Origin: Glaucostegus cemiculus
Lineage: Eukaryota
Assembly (NCBI GenBank): GCA_976551045.1
Contig: CDPCPM010000074.1
Coordinates: forward strand, 2,852,001-2,916,000
DNA length: 64,000 nt
Direction: 5' to 3'
Both the position numbers and the translations under genes were made by a program. Under the pieces are notes generated by a model, which saw only the letters and a list, made by a program, of their open reading frames with translations, did not search any database and was not told the origin of the DNA. Positions within the stretch are counted from its first letter, which is position 1. Each line of letters opens with the position of its first letter. Shown here in pieces: positions 1 through 13,235 of the stretch.

Positions 1-94
1 CTAATCTTCCAAGATCACAGTCTTCAAAGCCATTGTATATTAATATTCTTAAAGCATTTATAAATATTTTAAAAAATTAACTGGTATATGTTGA

Positions 95-200
95 TGAAAT
101 AAAAACAGAGTGTACCAGTAATACTTAGCAGATCAGGCGGCATCTGTGGAGAAACGTTAACATTTCAGATCAATGATCTTTCAATAGAATGTCCTGATGA
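95..200 (-). mobile_element. Penelope pLTR-type fragment (further copies near 4580-4710, 7010-7075, 10230-10310 on +, 19080-19145, 20265-20500, 29010-29140, 41490-41580, 41870-42190, 56480-56625, 57410-57520)
   Basis: Recurrent motif 'aatactcagcaggtcaggcagcatctgtggagagagaaacagagttaacgtttcag'. Confidence 0.65.
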
Positions 201-749
201 AAGTCAGTATAATAGGGAGGGCTTCAGAGAGGTAGGCATTTGTGATGTCTTCAGGGACCAGTGAAATATGGGTGGAGAAGAGGGGTTGGGAACTATAATG
301 GTCCCAAAGTGATGGCAAAAAGAAGCAGTTAGATACTATATATGTTGTAGAGGAGAGAATATAATAACTGGTCCTGAGGGAATAGATTATGGAAGCATGT
401 CCTAGAGCAAAGAGTGGGCTGTGGTAGCTATTAACTTGCAGTTACCAAGTGTTGGAGCGAAGGGTGAGAGTACTAAGGTTTGGGCAATTTGCAGGTTTTG
501 GTGCAGAACTGGGAACATATTGGAGAAGTTGAATATTCAGTTGTTGAATGTGTGGATAAGGCACTGGTGGTGTTGGAGTATGATGGGGAGAGAGGAGGGC
601 AATGCTGTAGTTAGTGGACACAAGCAGATTTCTTGACGGGTGTTATCAACAGTCTGAAACTCAGCTTGGGATTGACACCAGTGGCTGTGGAGTTCCAGGG
701 AATTGGTGCATAACTGCAGTGGTATTATTACACCAGAAGTGTAACATAT

Positions 750-1335
750 AGAGACATACAGCATGGAAACAGGCTCTTCAGCCCAACTGGTCCATGTTGA
801 CCAAGATTCCCATCTAAGCTAGTCCCACTTACCTATATTTGGCCCATATCGCTCTAAACCTTTCCTATCCATGTACCTGTCCAAGTACTGTTTAAATGTT
901 GCTGATGTACCCTACCTCAACTACTTCCTCTGGCAGCTCATTCCATATACTGACCATCCTCTGGGTGAAAAAATTGCCCCTCAGGTTCCTATTAAATTTC
1001 CCCCCCCCCCCGAACCTTAAACCTATTCCCTCCAGTTCTTGATTCCCCAGCCCTGGGAAAAATACTGTTCGCATTGACCCTATATAGGGACCTTATGATT
1101 TTATCTCTATAAGATCACCCCTCATTCTCCTGTGCTCCAATGAAAAAAGACCCAACCTGCTCAACCTCTCCATAACTCTGTTCCTCAAGGCCCGGCAAAT
1201 CCTTGTAAATCTCCTCTGCACTCCTTCCAGCTTAATGGCATCTTACCTACAACAGGGTGAGCAAAGCTGAACACAATATTCCAAAGGTAGCGTTACCAAA
1301 GTATTGTTTAACTGCAACACAACATCCCAATATCT
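750..1335 (-). mobile_element. CR1/HER1-like LINE 3' fragment
   Basis: Minus-strand peptide ...GGKFNRNLRGNFFTQRMVSIWNELPEEVVE, the typical CR1 ORF2 C-terminus, followed by the conserved 3' tail. Confidence 0.85.
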
Positions 1336-2004
1336 CAGGACTGACTGTTTCACTGCCCAGGAGACACAAACCCTTTCATCCAGCTAACACCAAAGAACTT
1401 TATTCACTGTAAAATGGCATTAGTCATCTTGTTTACCACATTAGACAATGGTGTCACGAAATTAAATCCAAAATTTGGCAGGAACATTACAATGGTGAGA
1501 AAGTTATTATCATGGTCATCGTCTTTGATAATAGAAATTGCAATTAAAATTGTGAAAATTTGCAACTTGTGGTTCTTCATCTCCACACAGATGGTAGTTC
1601 AAATGTTACTTACTAACATTTGCAGAAAATGTTTGGTCTGCAACAGGAAGTGGTTAAACTAGAAATGTGGCCCCAACCATTCCCAGCTGCAAAACGACGC
1701 AGATGACAAGCAAATTGTCTGGTTTTCAAACAAGAATGTGCTGGATAAGCCTTTCTCAACCAGTGGAGTGACAAGCTGTAGAGAATTAAAAGTGGAGCCA
1801 AATGGGATTGCCCCTGAAGGAAGGTATAGAGTTCACCATACTTGATTAATCTACGCCTGTTCCGCCTGACACAGGCAGCATGTCAACTCTGTACTGCCTA
1901 CTCACTTGCACAATTAACACATGCAGCAAGAACTAACTCTCCAAATGAGTTGTGCACAACTCAGCAAAGGCTTAGGATCATTAGCTTAAAGCCAGCCTTC
2001 TTAA

Positions 2005-2990
2005 AAACATAAGAAATAAGAACGGGAGTAGGTCATCCAGACCTTTGAGCCTGCTCCATCATTCATCAAGGCTGGTCTTCTACTTCAGCACCATTTGCTT
2101 GCACTCTCCCCATAACTCTAGACTCCCTTAATATCCAGAAATCTGTTGATCTCTGCTTGAAATGGTTGAGCCTCCATAGCACTCTGGGATAGAGAATTGC
2201 AAAAATTCTGAATGAAGAGATTCCTCATTTCAGTCCTCAACAGACTCCCACTTATTCTGAGACAATGACCCCTGTTGCTAATACCAATAACTTTTAAGCC
2301 TCTTTCTTAGATTTAATGCTGTCTTTAACTTCTCGTTAGCCACAAATGAATCATGTTTCCTTCTGGCGGTTTGTGCCTTAAAGGGGTTTTTTTTTGCAAT
2401 GTATCTGTTATTTCTTTAAATGTCAAGCATTGTCTATCCACTGCCAGACCTTTTAATGTACTTTTTTAATCAACCATTGCGAACTCTTGCCTCATACCTC
2501 TTCATAGATTGTTAAGATTTAAAACCCAAGGTTTGGATTGAATGTCATTACCTTCAACCTCAATGCAACATTTTATTCAAGATTCAAGATTCAAGATTGC
2601 TTTATTGTCATTGAGCCGTTGAGACAACAGAACAACGAGATTTCATTGGCACTCCCATGTCAGACAATAGGCACAGTACTTAAATATTAAATAAATAGAG
2701 AATAAATCAGATTACGGTCACTCTTCCCATGTCAGACAATAGGCATGTACTTAAATATTAAATAAATAGAGAATAAATCAGATTATGGTCACTCTTCCCA
2801 AAAGCGCAGATCAACAATTAACCCATTCTCACTGACCTAAAATATCCTTCTCCCATGATGGTTCCTCCACATATTGATCTCTAGAAAATCATTTTGTGTA
2901 CATTCCATAGATTTATCCTTCAGTTTATGACTGCTAATTGTCCAATCTATATTTAAAGGGGAGATGAACTGAGGCTGTAAATGCAGGTGG
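2005..2990 (-). mobile_element. Old CR1-like LINE fragments interrupted by a (TTCAAGA)n-tailed LINE end
   Basis: 'aacataagaaataagaacgggagtaggtcatc..gagcctgctccatcattca' CR1 tail; ttcaaga repeat at 2576-2598. Confidence 0.6.
2653..2800. repeat. Tandem duplication, about 72-bp unit x2
   Basis: tcccatgtcagacaataggca..gtacttaaatattaaataaatagagaataaatcagatta.ggtcactct occurs twice. Confidence 0.95.
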
Positions 2991-3542
2991 GATTACAGGA
3001 GGACTGGACAGGAGGACAATGAAACACATAGGATACTGCCGACTCCAAGATTTTACGATGTTGTACTGGAGGCTTTGTGGGGAGAGAAGAGAGGATGTCA
3101 GATGTGCTCCTTCTGAGGAGGTCCAGGGAGCTGCCCACTTAAACTCCCCAAAGGCAGTGGAAGCAGAAGTAATAGAGGTCAATGCCTAGAGAGGAAACCA
3201 CGCTGCAATAAGTTCAGTGAGCCTACAGGGGTGGTTAATGTCTGTGAATCCACTTACAAATGCCTTGTCTTACCAAAGATTCTCCTCACAGCAGTCCAAG
3301 CAATGATCTTACTAATTGATTACTGAGATAACTGCATGTTTGGTACCACTGCATGTTTGGAAAGTGGATTGCAAAATGAAATCATCGCTCATGTAGACAG
3401 CAGCTAACCCTCATATTTCGGTGGTCACCCTTTCAAATTCAAGTTATACTTTATTGTCATTCAACCATATGCTATAAAAACACATGGAGGAACGAAATGA
3501 CATTTCTCCCAGACTCTCACAACAGAAGACATACATAGAACA

Positions 3543-3722
3543 GTAGCTGTGACACTTTACTCTGTACTGTTATTGTTCTTACCTGTAGTACATCAATGAA
3601 CTCTGCACTAACTCAATGTAACTGCACTGTGTAATGAATTGACCTGTACGATCGGTTTGTAAGACAAGCTTTTCACTGTACCTCGGTACAAGTGACAATA
3701 ATAAAACAATACCAATACCAAC
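3543..3722 (+). mobile_element. Rex1/Babar-like LINE 3' UTR fragment
   Basis: Near-identical to 12965-13139 and to the reverse complement of 24016-24180. Ends in AATAAA plus a (caatac)n tail. Confidence 0.7.
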
Positions 3723-4819
3723 ACAGACAAAAAAATTGTGCAAGTACAAATGGTACAAAAAACAATATATACAGAATACAAAATTAGTTCAGAGTTAGTG
3801 CAAAAGCGAGTTGGACGAAGAAAATACAGAACTCAGTGTATTGCACTAAATGTATAAACATGTTCAGCAGCAGCCAAAGTTCTTATATGTCATTGTGCAA
3901 ACCAGGACTTTTAACACAGCATTTGTCTGAAACTGCCTCCAGGGTATTCAGGAGCCTGACAGCCTGGAGGAGAAAGCAGTTCTACAGTCCAGTAGTTCTG
4001 GCCCGGATGCTCCGGTACCACTTGCCAAATGGCAGTGGGACAAATAGGTCAAGGGAGGGATGAGAAGGGTCATCTATAATTCTGCAGACTTTGCATGTGC
4101 ATTGTGTGTGGTAGATATCCAGGACGGAGGGAAGACGTAATATAAATTCAGATGGCATGGCTGACTGCTGTGAAATGATGGTGTCATGACTGCAGCCAGG
4201 CTACTGGACATTGAACTTCATGTTATATTACCCTTGGTCACATAACAGCTGGTTTTTGAGGGAGTGGAATCCCTCTGGGCTCTTGTGGATCTCAGAGTTG
4301 GCATGCAGTGCATGCCAAGAAGTATGCATGCAATCGATAGCACCTTGTATAAGGGGGGGGTGGGGAGGGGAGTGGGTTTGCATTCCTCACAGAGCTGCTT
4401 GGTCTCTCTATCTGCTGCTTCACTGCAAGAGAGAATGAAATAAAGTCAGATTTCTTGGAACAGCAGAAGACCACTTAAGCAACAGCAGATGACAACCTGG
4501 AACTTGCTGTAAATAACACCAGCTCAACGCCAAAAGGATGCTGATGCATTATAGTTCATGTAGCCTGTTACCTTGATAGTAACAAACAATCTGCTGGAGG
4601 AACTCCGCTGGTCGAGCAGCACCTGTGACGGAAAAGGAATCGTCGAAGTTTTGTGTTGAAACCTTGCATCAGGATCCAGCATCTGCAGCCTCTTGTGTCT
4701 CTGTTATCTCTGATAGTTACTGGCAATGCACTTCTTGCTCTCCTGTGAGATTGGAGACGGCTGAACCAGTTGGCAGACTTCAAAGAGAATGTCTTGATGT
4801 CTTACATATTAAGAAAAAG

Positions 4820-6240
4820 AGAAAAATTAGTAAATATTTAGCAGGTCAGGCTGCATCTGTAGGAAGAGAAACAGAGTTAATGTTTCAGGCTGAAGGTCTT
4901 TTGTCAGAACTGCAAAGGAGAGAAGTGAAGCTTGTTAAGCTGCAGAAAGGGTGGGAGAAGGAGGGATGTCTCTGATAAGGATAAACCAGGGTGATCATGT
5001 AGATCAGCTGTAAATCAGGTTATCTGGTTTAAAAAACAGAAAATGCTCAGCAGGTCATGCTACATCTGTAGGAAGAGTAATAGAGTCAGCATTTCAGGTT
5101 GAACACCCTTTGTCAGATCTGGGAAGAAGACAAAAGAAGCAGCAGAGAGGGTGGGAGAGGGCTGATGATGGAGTAAAATGTGGGTAACCATGGGGATAAG
5201 CTGTAAACAAGGTTCTCTGATCAATGAGTGAATGGGAACAGTTAGAGAATGAGAACATAGACAAAAGAATGGAGGAGTTGCAAAATGCAGAGCAGGAGGA
5301 CGTGCCCGGCAGGTCAGGCTGGACAAGTCCTCCGCTTACAGAGAGAAAAAAGGAAAAAAACAAACAAGTTTTCGAATTTACAGTAAAGTCGATCTACAGG
5401 CGTCTGTAAAAATGGAACCTGTTCATTACCCAGGAATTGCCTGTATCTTCAAATCATATTAGGACCTGTTTTTGACATACAACAATCACAAATGGATGAC
5501 TGATACAGACAGAGAAATACCTGAAGTTGTAGAATTCAATACTGAGTCCAGAAGACTGCAAAGTGCCCGGGCAGAAGGTGAGGTGTTGTTGCTCAAGCTT
5601 GCATTGGGCCTCATTGTAACAGTGCAGGAGGTCACAGATTGATAGGTCAGAGTGGGACTGGGATGGCGAATTAAAGTGGCAGGCTGCAGGAAGCTTAGGG
5701 TCACCCTTGCAAATGAACGCAGGTGTTCTGAGAAGCGATCACCGAATCTGCATTTGGTTTCTCCAGTGTAGGGAAGACCACCAAGTGCAGTACACTAGAA
5801 TGGAAGAAGTGCAAGTGAATCATTGCTTCACCTGGAAAGACTGTTTGGGTCCCTAGATGGTGGGAAAATAAGAGGTGAAAGACAAGTGCTGCATCACCTG
5901 TGGTTGCCAGGGAAGGTGCGGCAAGGGGCTGGGGCTTGATTAGTGAGAATGGAGGAATGGACCAGGGAGTCACAAAGGAAATGGTCCATGCAAAATGCTG
6001 AAAGGGGTGCAGACGGGTGTCTGGTGGTGGAGTTTCTTTGATGATAATGGAAATTGCTTAGAATGATCTGTTGAATCCAGAGGCTGGTGGGGTAATGGAA
6101 AGTGAGGACCAGGGAATGCTGCCCTTGTTCTGGAGGAGATGGGACAAGAGCAGAGGCTCAGGAAATAGATGAGATGCAGTCAAGGGCTTTGTTAAGAATG
6201 ATGAAGGGAAAACCATTGTTCAGGAAGAAGAAAGACTTTG
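4820..6240 (-). mobile_element. Decayed Penelope-like element (GIY-YIG endonuclease remnant plus tandem pLTR-type repeats)
   Basis: Minus strand about 5700-5850 translates PKQSFQVKQ*FTCTSSILVYCT/GLPYTGETKCRFGDRFSEHLRS. Repeated 'gcaggtcaggc..catctgt.ggaagag' units carry hammerhead-like cores. Confidence 0.8.
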
Positions 6241-6472
6241 TAAGATGTACAAAAAGTGATATGACTATTCTTCAGAGGAATACAGAGTTAGGAACAATCT
6301 GATTGAGATTTATAAAGTAATGAAGAGAATAGATTTCATCCAGTTGATTGCTTGTTCCATCTAAATAGATTAAACATTTTTAAGTTGCATAATGGAAGAT
6401 CTACTTAGATTTCATGAGGTGGTTCATTCCCGAGAGGTCTGGATTATGCAGTGAACACCATTTCATTAAGTA

Positions 6473-6560
6473 CAGGCCGTCCCCAGGTTACAAACATCTG
6501 TAAAATCGATCTACAGATATCTGTAAAAACGGAACCTGTTCATTACCCAGGAATTACCTG
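6473..6560. mobile_element. Tiny TA-flanked MITE (Tc1/mariner-pogo/Tigger type)
   Basis: TA|CAGGCCGTCCCCAGGTTACAAACA...TGTTCATTACCCAGGAATTACCTG|TA: degenerate 24-bp terminal inverted repeats with TA on both sides. Confidence 0.65.
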
Positions 6561-8059
6561 TATCTTCAAATCATATTAGGACCTGTTTTTGACATACAGA
6601 GATCACCACTTATTGAAGGTAGTAACTATTAGACTGGTGTCTTCCCCTGCCAATGTTTACAACAGGCCAGTAGTTGAATTACTGTTAGCTGTACAGAGGT
6701 CCTGATTAGGGAGTTATAGTAAATGACAAAATAGAATTATTTATTTTGTGATTAAATACCTTTTCTGGAGGTTGAGAGATTACGGTAACCTTAATAAAAC
6801 AACTGACAATAGGACACCCTTCATTTTCTCTCTACCTGCCCATGCGACAGACTGAATCACAACCATGCCCAGGGGTACATTAGCCAGTTGTTTGATGAGG
6901 CATGTCATCCAGTGACAGACCAAGTCACTTCTTCCTGACAACAGTACGCTACCATGAGCTCTTATTTTTAAGATAAAGTTCCACTGCCATTAACACTAGA
7001 AACTGTAGCAAAAACCTGCAGATGCTGGAAATCAGAAGCAAAAATGCTGGTGGCACTCAACATCTATGGGGAGAGAACCCACCATTCTACACAATGTAGG
7101 AGATTTCTTGTAAGGCATCATGTAGAGAGGCCCAGAACTGTCCAGACACAAAACATCTACTTCAGTAAGGCCACATGGAGGCACAACAGTTCGTGCTGCT
7201 GCCTCACAGCTCCATTGACCAGGTTGCAAAGTCAAAAGTCAAAGTTAAAAGTTGAATTTATTGTTATATGCACAAGTATGCACAGGTGCAATGAAAAGGT
7301 TACTTGCAGCAGCATCAGAGATAAATAGCATCATATAAACAGCATTCACAAGTAAAACATAAATTTAACATAAATTATACACAATTTTTACAAGAAAGAA
7401 CACAATTATAACAAAAGAAAACAAAGTCCATTGTAGTGCAAAGTGATCAAAGTGTTGCTAAACTGTAGTGATTAGGGTCATGGTTGAAGGGAAGTAGCTG
7501 TCCTTGAACTTGGTGGTGTGGGACTTCAGGCTTCTGTTGCTCCTGCCCAATGGTAGCTATGAGAAGGTGGCATGGCCCGGATGCTGTCTGCATTGCAAGT
7601 TCTCACCACTGCTGTGTGAGTTTTCTCTGGGTGCTCCGGTTTCCTCCTACATCCCAAACACATGTTGGTTGGGAGGTTAATTGGCCACTTCAAAATCATC
7701 TCCAGTCTAAGTGAGTGGGAGGAGAATCAGGAGGATGATCATGTGACAGAGAACCAATTATAGGGAAGTAAGTGGGGGAATGGGATTGATGGGATTGCTC
7801 TGAGACCTGGCATAGAATTGATGGGCCAAATGGCTTCCTTCAATGTTGTGAGAAATATGTATGTGCATTATAGCTCTATACTGTGCTCAATGATCATTTT
7901 GTCCCTTTGGCTGTATTAATTCTTGCATTTCTTATGCTGGTCAGGGGTATGCAAAAGTATCATGAGCCACTTGTGAAGGGAATGTCTCATGTTTCTTTCC
8001 CCACTGTGACCACCACACAGTTCCTGGAAAGACTGAATACTGAGTAAAATGATTAACAT

Positions 8060-8390
8060 TCACAGATTCACAGAAACCAGCCTCCCCTCCATGGACTTCA
8101 CGTCTCACTGTCTTAGTAAAGCAACCAGCATAATTAAAGAACCCACCCACCCTAGACATTCTCTCTTCTCCCCCATCCCATCAGGCAGAAGATACAAAAT
8201 CCTGAAAGCATGCACCACCAAGCTTAAGGACAGCTTTTGTCCCACTGTTATAAGACTATTAAACAGTCTCCCAATACAATAAAATGGACTCGACTTTACA
8301 ATCTACCTTGTTATGACCTTGCACCTTATTGTCTGCCTGCACTGCACTTTCACTGTAACTGTAACACTTTATTCTGCATTCTGTTATTAG
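8060..8390 (+). mobile_element. Rex1/Babar-like LINE 3' fragment
   Basis: Peptide TETSLPSMD...ATSIIKEPTHPRHSLFSPIPSGRRYKILKACTTKLKDSFCPTVIRLLN, a typical Rex1/Babar ORF end. Confidence 0.8.
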
Positions 8391-8924
8391 AATATAGAAC
8401 ATAGAACATTACAACAGAGTACAGGCCCTTTGGCCCACAATATTGAGCTGACATTTTATCCTGCTCTAATATCTAACATTTCCCTCCCACATAGCTCCTC
8501 ATTTCTCTATCATTCATATGTCTATTTCTCTATCATTCATTTCTCTATCATTCATGTGTCTAAAGATCATCACCAAAGGCACAGCAAGCTCTTCCCTTGC
8601 TTCCCGTAATAACCTTGGATATATCCTGTCCGGCCCCAGTGACCTTTCAAAAATTCCAGCACATCCTCCTTCCTCACATTGACATGTCCTAGTGTATCAG
8701 CCTGCCGTACCTCTGCTCCTGAGGAAGGCCCAATATGGAAGGAAGCTACGGCCTGGAACATGATTACAAAGCCAATTAAACTTGTTACCTGTTCAAGACC
8801 AATAGTTTTTAATACAACATTCACCTTAAAAAAGACTCTCTTATAAGTTCATTCTATTGCTTCTATGGGGACAATCAAGCCTTTAATATCCACCATAAAA
8901 AGATATAGTACGACTAGTTTGAAG

Positions 8925-9235
8925 AACATAGAAGATAGCACAGTACAGCACAGAACAGGCGCTTCGGTCCACAATGTTGTGCCAACATAGCTATTCCCTC
9001 CTACCTACAGAATGCCCATATCCCTCTATTTTCCTTTCATTCATGTGCCCATCCAAGCCGCTCTTAAGAGCCCCGAATAAATTTGCCTCCACCATCCCAT
9101 CAGGCAACACATTCCAGGCATCCACCACTCTCTCAGTAAAATACGTACCCCTCACGTCTGTTCTGAACCTACCCCCTCTCACCTTAACTGCATGCCCTCT
9201 GGTATTGGATTGCTCAATAATGGGGAAAAGATACT
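8925..9235 (-). mobile_element. CR1-like LINE 3' end
   Basis: Peptide SNTRGHAVKVRGGRFRTDVRGTYFTERVVDAWNVLP. Confidence 0.85.
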
Positions 9236-10761
9236 GCAGAAACAACATCCAGTTCAACTAGTCCTGGTAATCATAAAAGACAGCAGTAGTAGGTGGAATC
9301 ATCAGATGAGCAACTATTATTATTGTTTTCCCTTATACTCTCTCAATGCACAGATGTAATGAAATTATCTATATGGATGGCATATAAAGCAAAGTTTTCA
9401 CTGTACCTTGGTACATGTGACAATAATAAACCAATTTACCAATTTACCAGATTAAAGGCATCATGGCAGTTTCCTGAGATCCTTGTGTAAGAAATGGAGT
9501 GCCGTATCATTCAATTCCATGTCAGAGGGTGTTGCCAAGATAGAGGACAATTACATTGCAATCATGTGAGCAGCGCAGAAAAAGTCTTATAACATGGCTC
9601 ACCAAGAACTTACAGAATGTGACAAGGAGCATTTTATTTAAAGAAAGAACTGGATACAGCATAATGCAACATCCATGACCTTGTTTTGCAGGAAAACAAT
9701 CCAACAAAGGGGATAGACAGAATACTATCCCCTTCTATTGAATTCTTGGTCATTGTAACAAAAATAGTACATGTTGCATCTCATTTTCTGAACTTCCAAA
9801 TAAAAAGGTTCACTAAACATGCAAAGCATTTCTTTCCCAAAGATGTTCTCCATTAAAGGAAAATTCTAACCTTTTTCATTCCAGATCAGTGTTGGAATTG
9901 AATCGTGCTGAAATGTGATTTGAGACTGAACACATGAAATAATGTTCAGTCACCAAATACCAATAGTAATTGGAGTTTACAGCCTCCAACATTACTCCAA
10001 TAATGCTCAACTTAAGTTCAGGGAAAAATTCTCACTAGGGTACATTATGGTCAGAGACTGAATATTGAATTTTGAACCTTTCTTTTTTCTTCATCCTGTA
10101 CCTTTCTATTTCAATTTGTTTCATTTTTCTTTTCTGTCCCCAACTACCCCTTTTAAAAGTAACTGTTGTTTATCACAGACATTTTCTCTGTTCTCTCGAT
10201 TCTCCCTCTTTTGAAACTTAGAACACACTGGCCCTCTCAACTTTATAGTTCTGGAGATGACCCGAAATGTGAACTCATTTTCCCTCTCCAGTGATGCTGC
10301 TTGATCTCAGAGAGTCACAGAGAGTTAGACAGCAACGAAACAAGCCTTTTGGCCCACTAAATTCACTCTGACCATAACTAACACTAATTTTACACTAATT
10401 CCATTTTATTTCCCCTCACCCACACACACATTCCTGCTGATTTCTTTCACCATTTTCTTGTGCATAGAACTCCACTTCTGGAATTCAGTTCTATTGAAAT
10501 CAAAGGATCTGAACTACGTAAGCAAACTTCAATGCATATATGCTACTGTGTTGCACAGTTAGTATATGACCGATGATAAATTTATTTTCAGTACTAGTAC
10601 TAAAACACCTTTTCTCCTCCAATAATGGGATTCATTATGAGTACATATTGAAATAAGGCATTTGCTTCAAGTATTCAAAATTCCAGGCATGTTTGGAATA
10701 TCATGCAAATTTCTGAAGTAAAGATTAAGCGATAGTTTACTAACAGAAGATTACTCCTTTG

Positions 10762-10985
10762 CTTGTGAAGTTTGTACGTTCTCCTCGTATGTCTGCGTGG
10801 GTTTCCTCCATGTGCTCCGGTTTCCTCCCAGAGTCCAAAAACGTACAGGCTAGGTGCTGTGGGCATGCCATGTTGGCACCAGAAGAGTGGCAACACTTGC
10901 AAGCTGCCCCCAGCACATTCTCAGTAGCGCAAAAAGACACATTTCACTGTGTGTTTTGATGTACATGTGACTAAAGAAATAAATA
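10762..10985 (+). mobile_element. V-SINE (HE1-like), 5'-truncated
   Basis: V-domain-like 'gtttgtacgttctcc..gtctgcgtgggtttcctcc..gtgctccggtttcctccca'. Its tail is shared with the 41097-41363 copy. Confidence 0.75.
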
Positions 10986-12864
10986 TCTAAAGTGTCTAAA
11001 AACTGTTCCAAGTTGCTTCGTCAAGCTAATGGCTTGGTAGGACATTTAAATGGATATTCCTGATCAATCATTCAGCATGAAACTGGATTTGCATATCTGG
11101 CTAGACCAGTGAGTATGCTAGATTCTTCCTTTAGCAGGACCAGATTTTCTTCTTGTGCTTGCCCCAAACCAAATTTATTCTAGTATCAACTGTTTCATTA
11201 TTCAATCATATTTCAACTTTGTTAAAATATGTATAAATATTAAAGGAATATTTATAAATGATAATAAATAATAGGATTTAAAGTTTTCTGATGGCACAAA
11301 GATAGGTGGCATTGTAACCACTGTACAAGGAGATTTTGCAAGCACTGGTGAGCTACACATGATCATTGGTGCAAAAAGCCTGCACGATGCCCAGTGCCAC
11401 AAGGAACATAAAAGCCCTGCTCGCAAAATAGCCTAAGAAAACGTTGAAAGCAGCTAAACCAACCTGTCAAATTTTTATTCTTAATTTTCCTGAGATTTAT
11501 TTATATCGTCTATATTTTCAAATTCTCACAGAAAATGTCTAATCAATGGTTCATACTATAGCCACAGCATACCATGCAGTATTTGAAAACCACTGCATCA
11601 TCGGGGGTGATGCCTTTTTAGTGAGACCAGTTGAGATAAATAAAGGCACTGTCTGTTCTCTGAGGTGGAGATAAGCCAACATTTATTGCTCATCCCATTC
11701 ACTTGAGAAGGTGGTCATGATCCATCTACTTGAATTGTTGCAATCCTCCTAGTGAAGGTATCCCAACAGGGCTGTTGAATAGGAAGATGCATGACTTAGA
11801 CTCAGCCTTGTTGGAGAACTGAGGCATTGCAAGTACATGAGTAGACTGGTGAGACTGGGGGTTCTCCTTGGAATGATTAAAATGGAAATATTCCCAAGTC
11901 AGAATGCAGAACTTGCAAGTGGTGGTGTTCCAATGCACCTGCTGCCCTTTTCCCACTTAGTGGAAAGGATTGAAAGTTTGGAAGGTGCTATCAAAGCAGC
12001 ATTTTATAGAGGTTGCACACTGCAACCAGGATACACAATGGCAGGAATGAATGCACAGGATCAGTAGAATGAATGTATATTATCGCTTCTTCTCACTGTT
12101 ATTATCAGGTCCTGAAGTCCCAAACCACCAGGTTCAGGAACAGCTACTTTCCTACAACCTTCAGGTTCTTGAATCAACCTGCACAACCCTAATCCTACCT
12201 CAGCAATGGAACACTGCAGGCCACCTTGTACAATCATAGACTTGTCTCAGATTGTTTTTATTTGGAACCAATGTCTTGTTTTGCATGGACTATTTTTTTC
12301 ATTGTCTTGTATAACTTATGTTCTGTGTGTTGTCTGGATCTACATGCCCGTGATGCTAAAGCAAGTAAGTTTTTTTCATTATACCCGTGCCAATAAACAT
12401 TGTCAGTTATGACAGTAAACTTGACGGGGTACAGAAGCCTAAAGCCCCACACCATCAGGTTCAAGAACAACTACTTTCCTTCAACTATTCGTTCTTGAAC
12501 CAACCTGCACAACCCTAGTCACTACCTCAGTATAGCAATATTATGATCACTTTGATCGCATTGCACTACAATTGACTTTTATTTTGTTCTAATCGTGTTT
12601 TTCCTTGTAAAAATTGTGTATAATTTATGTTTTTTTCTTGTGAATGCTGCTTATCTGATTCTATGTGCCTGTGAAGCAGCTGCAAGTAAGTTTTTCATTG
12701 CACCTGGCTATATGACAATAAACTCGACTTTGACCTTATGATCAACATGCAGTTAAAATTAAGTACAATTTTGCTGTAGAACTTAAGATTTATAAGTGGA
12801 AAGACTTCTAGTGGAAGCTATATTTAACAGCTAGTTATGAATTGTAAATTGGAGCATTCTGCAA

Positions 12865-13139
12865 ACACAAGACTATTGAACAATTCCCTTATACGATGAG
12901 ATGGACCCTGACCTCACGATCTACCTTGTTGTGACCTTGCACCTAATTGCACCGCACTTTCTCTGTAGCTGTGACACTTTACTCTGTACTGTTATTATTT
13001 TTACCTGTACTACGTCAATGGACTCTGTACTAACCCAATGTAACTGCTCTGTGTAATGAATTGACCTGTAGGAGAGGTATGCAAGACAAGTTTTTCACTG
13101 TACCTTGGTACAAGTGACAATAATAAACAAATACCAATA
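12865..13139 (+). mobile_element. Rex1/Babar-like LINE 3' end
   Basis: Reverse complement of 24016-24280; ends aataataaacaaataccaata. Confidence 0.75.
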
Positions 13140-13235
13140 AGGAATACTTTCTCTTGGATGGTGTGCAATGTCCTGGAAGTACTTATGAATGGGGAGGGGA
13201 GGCTTCAGTGAGATAGGAGCAAGCCTCTGGCATGC

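Noticed and set aside
1404-1662. Opposing 60-82 aa ORFs as an exon of an upstream gene such as ATP10A
   Set aside because: No recognisable homology and no convincing splice-site pair.
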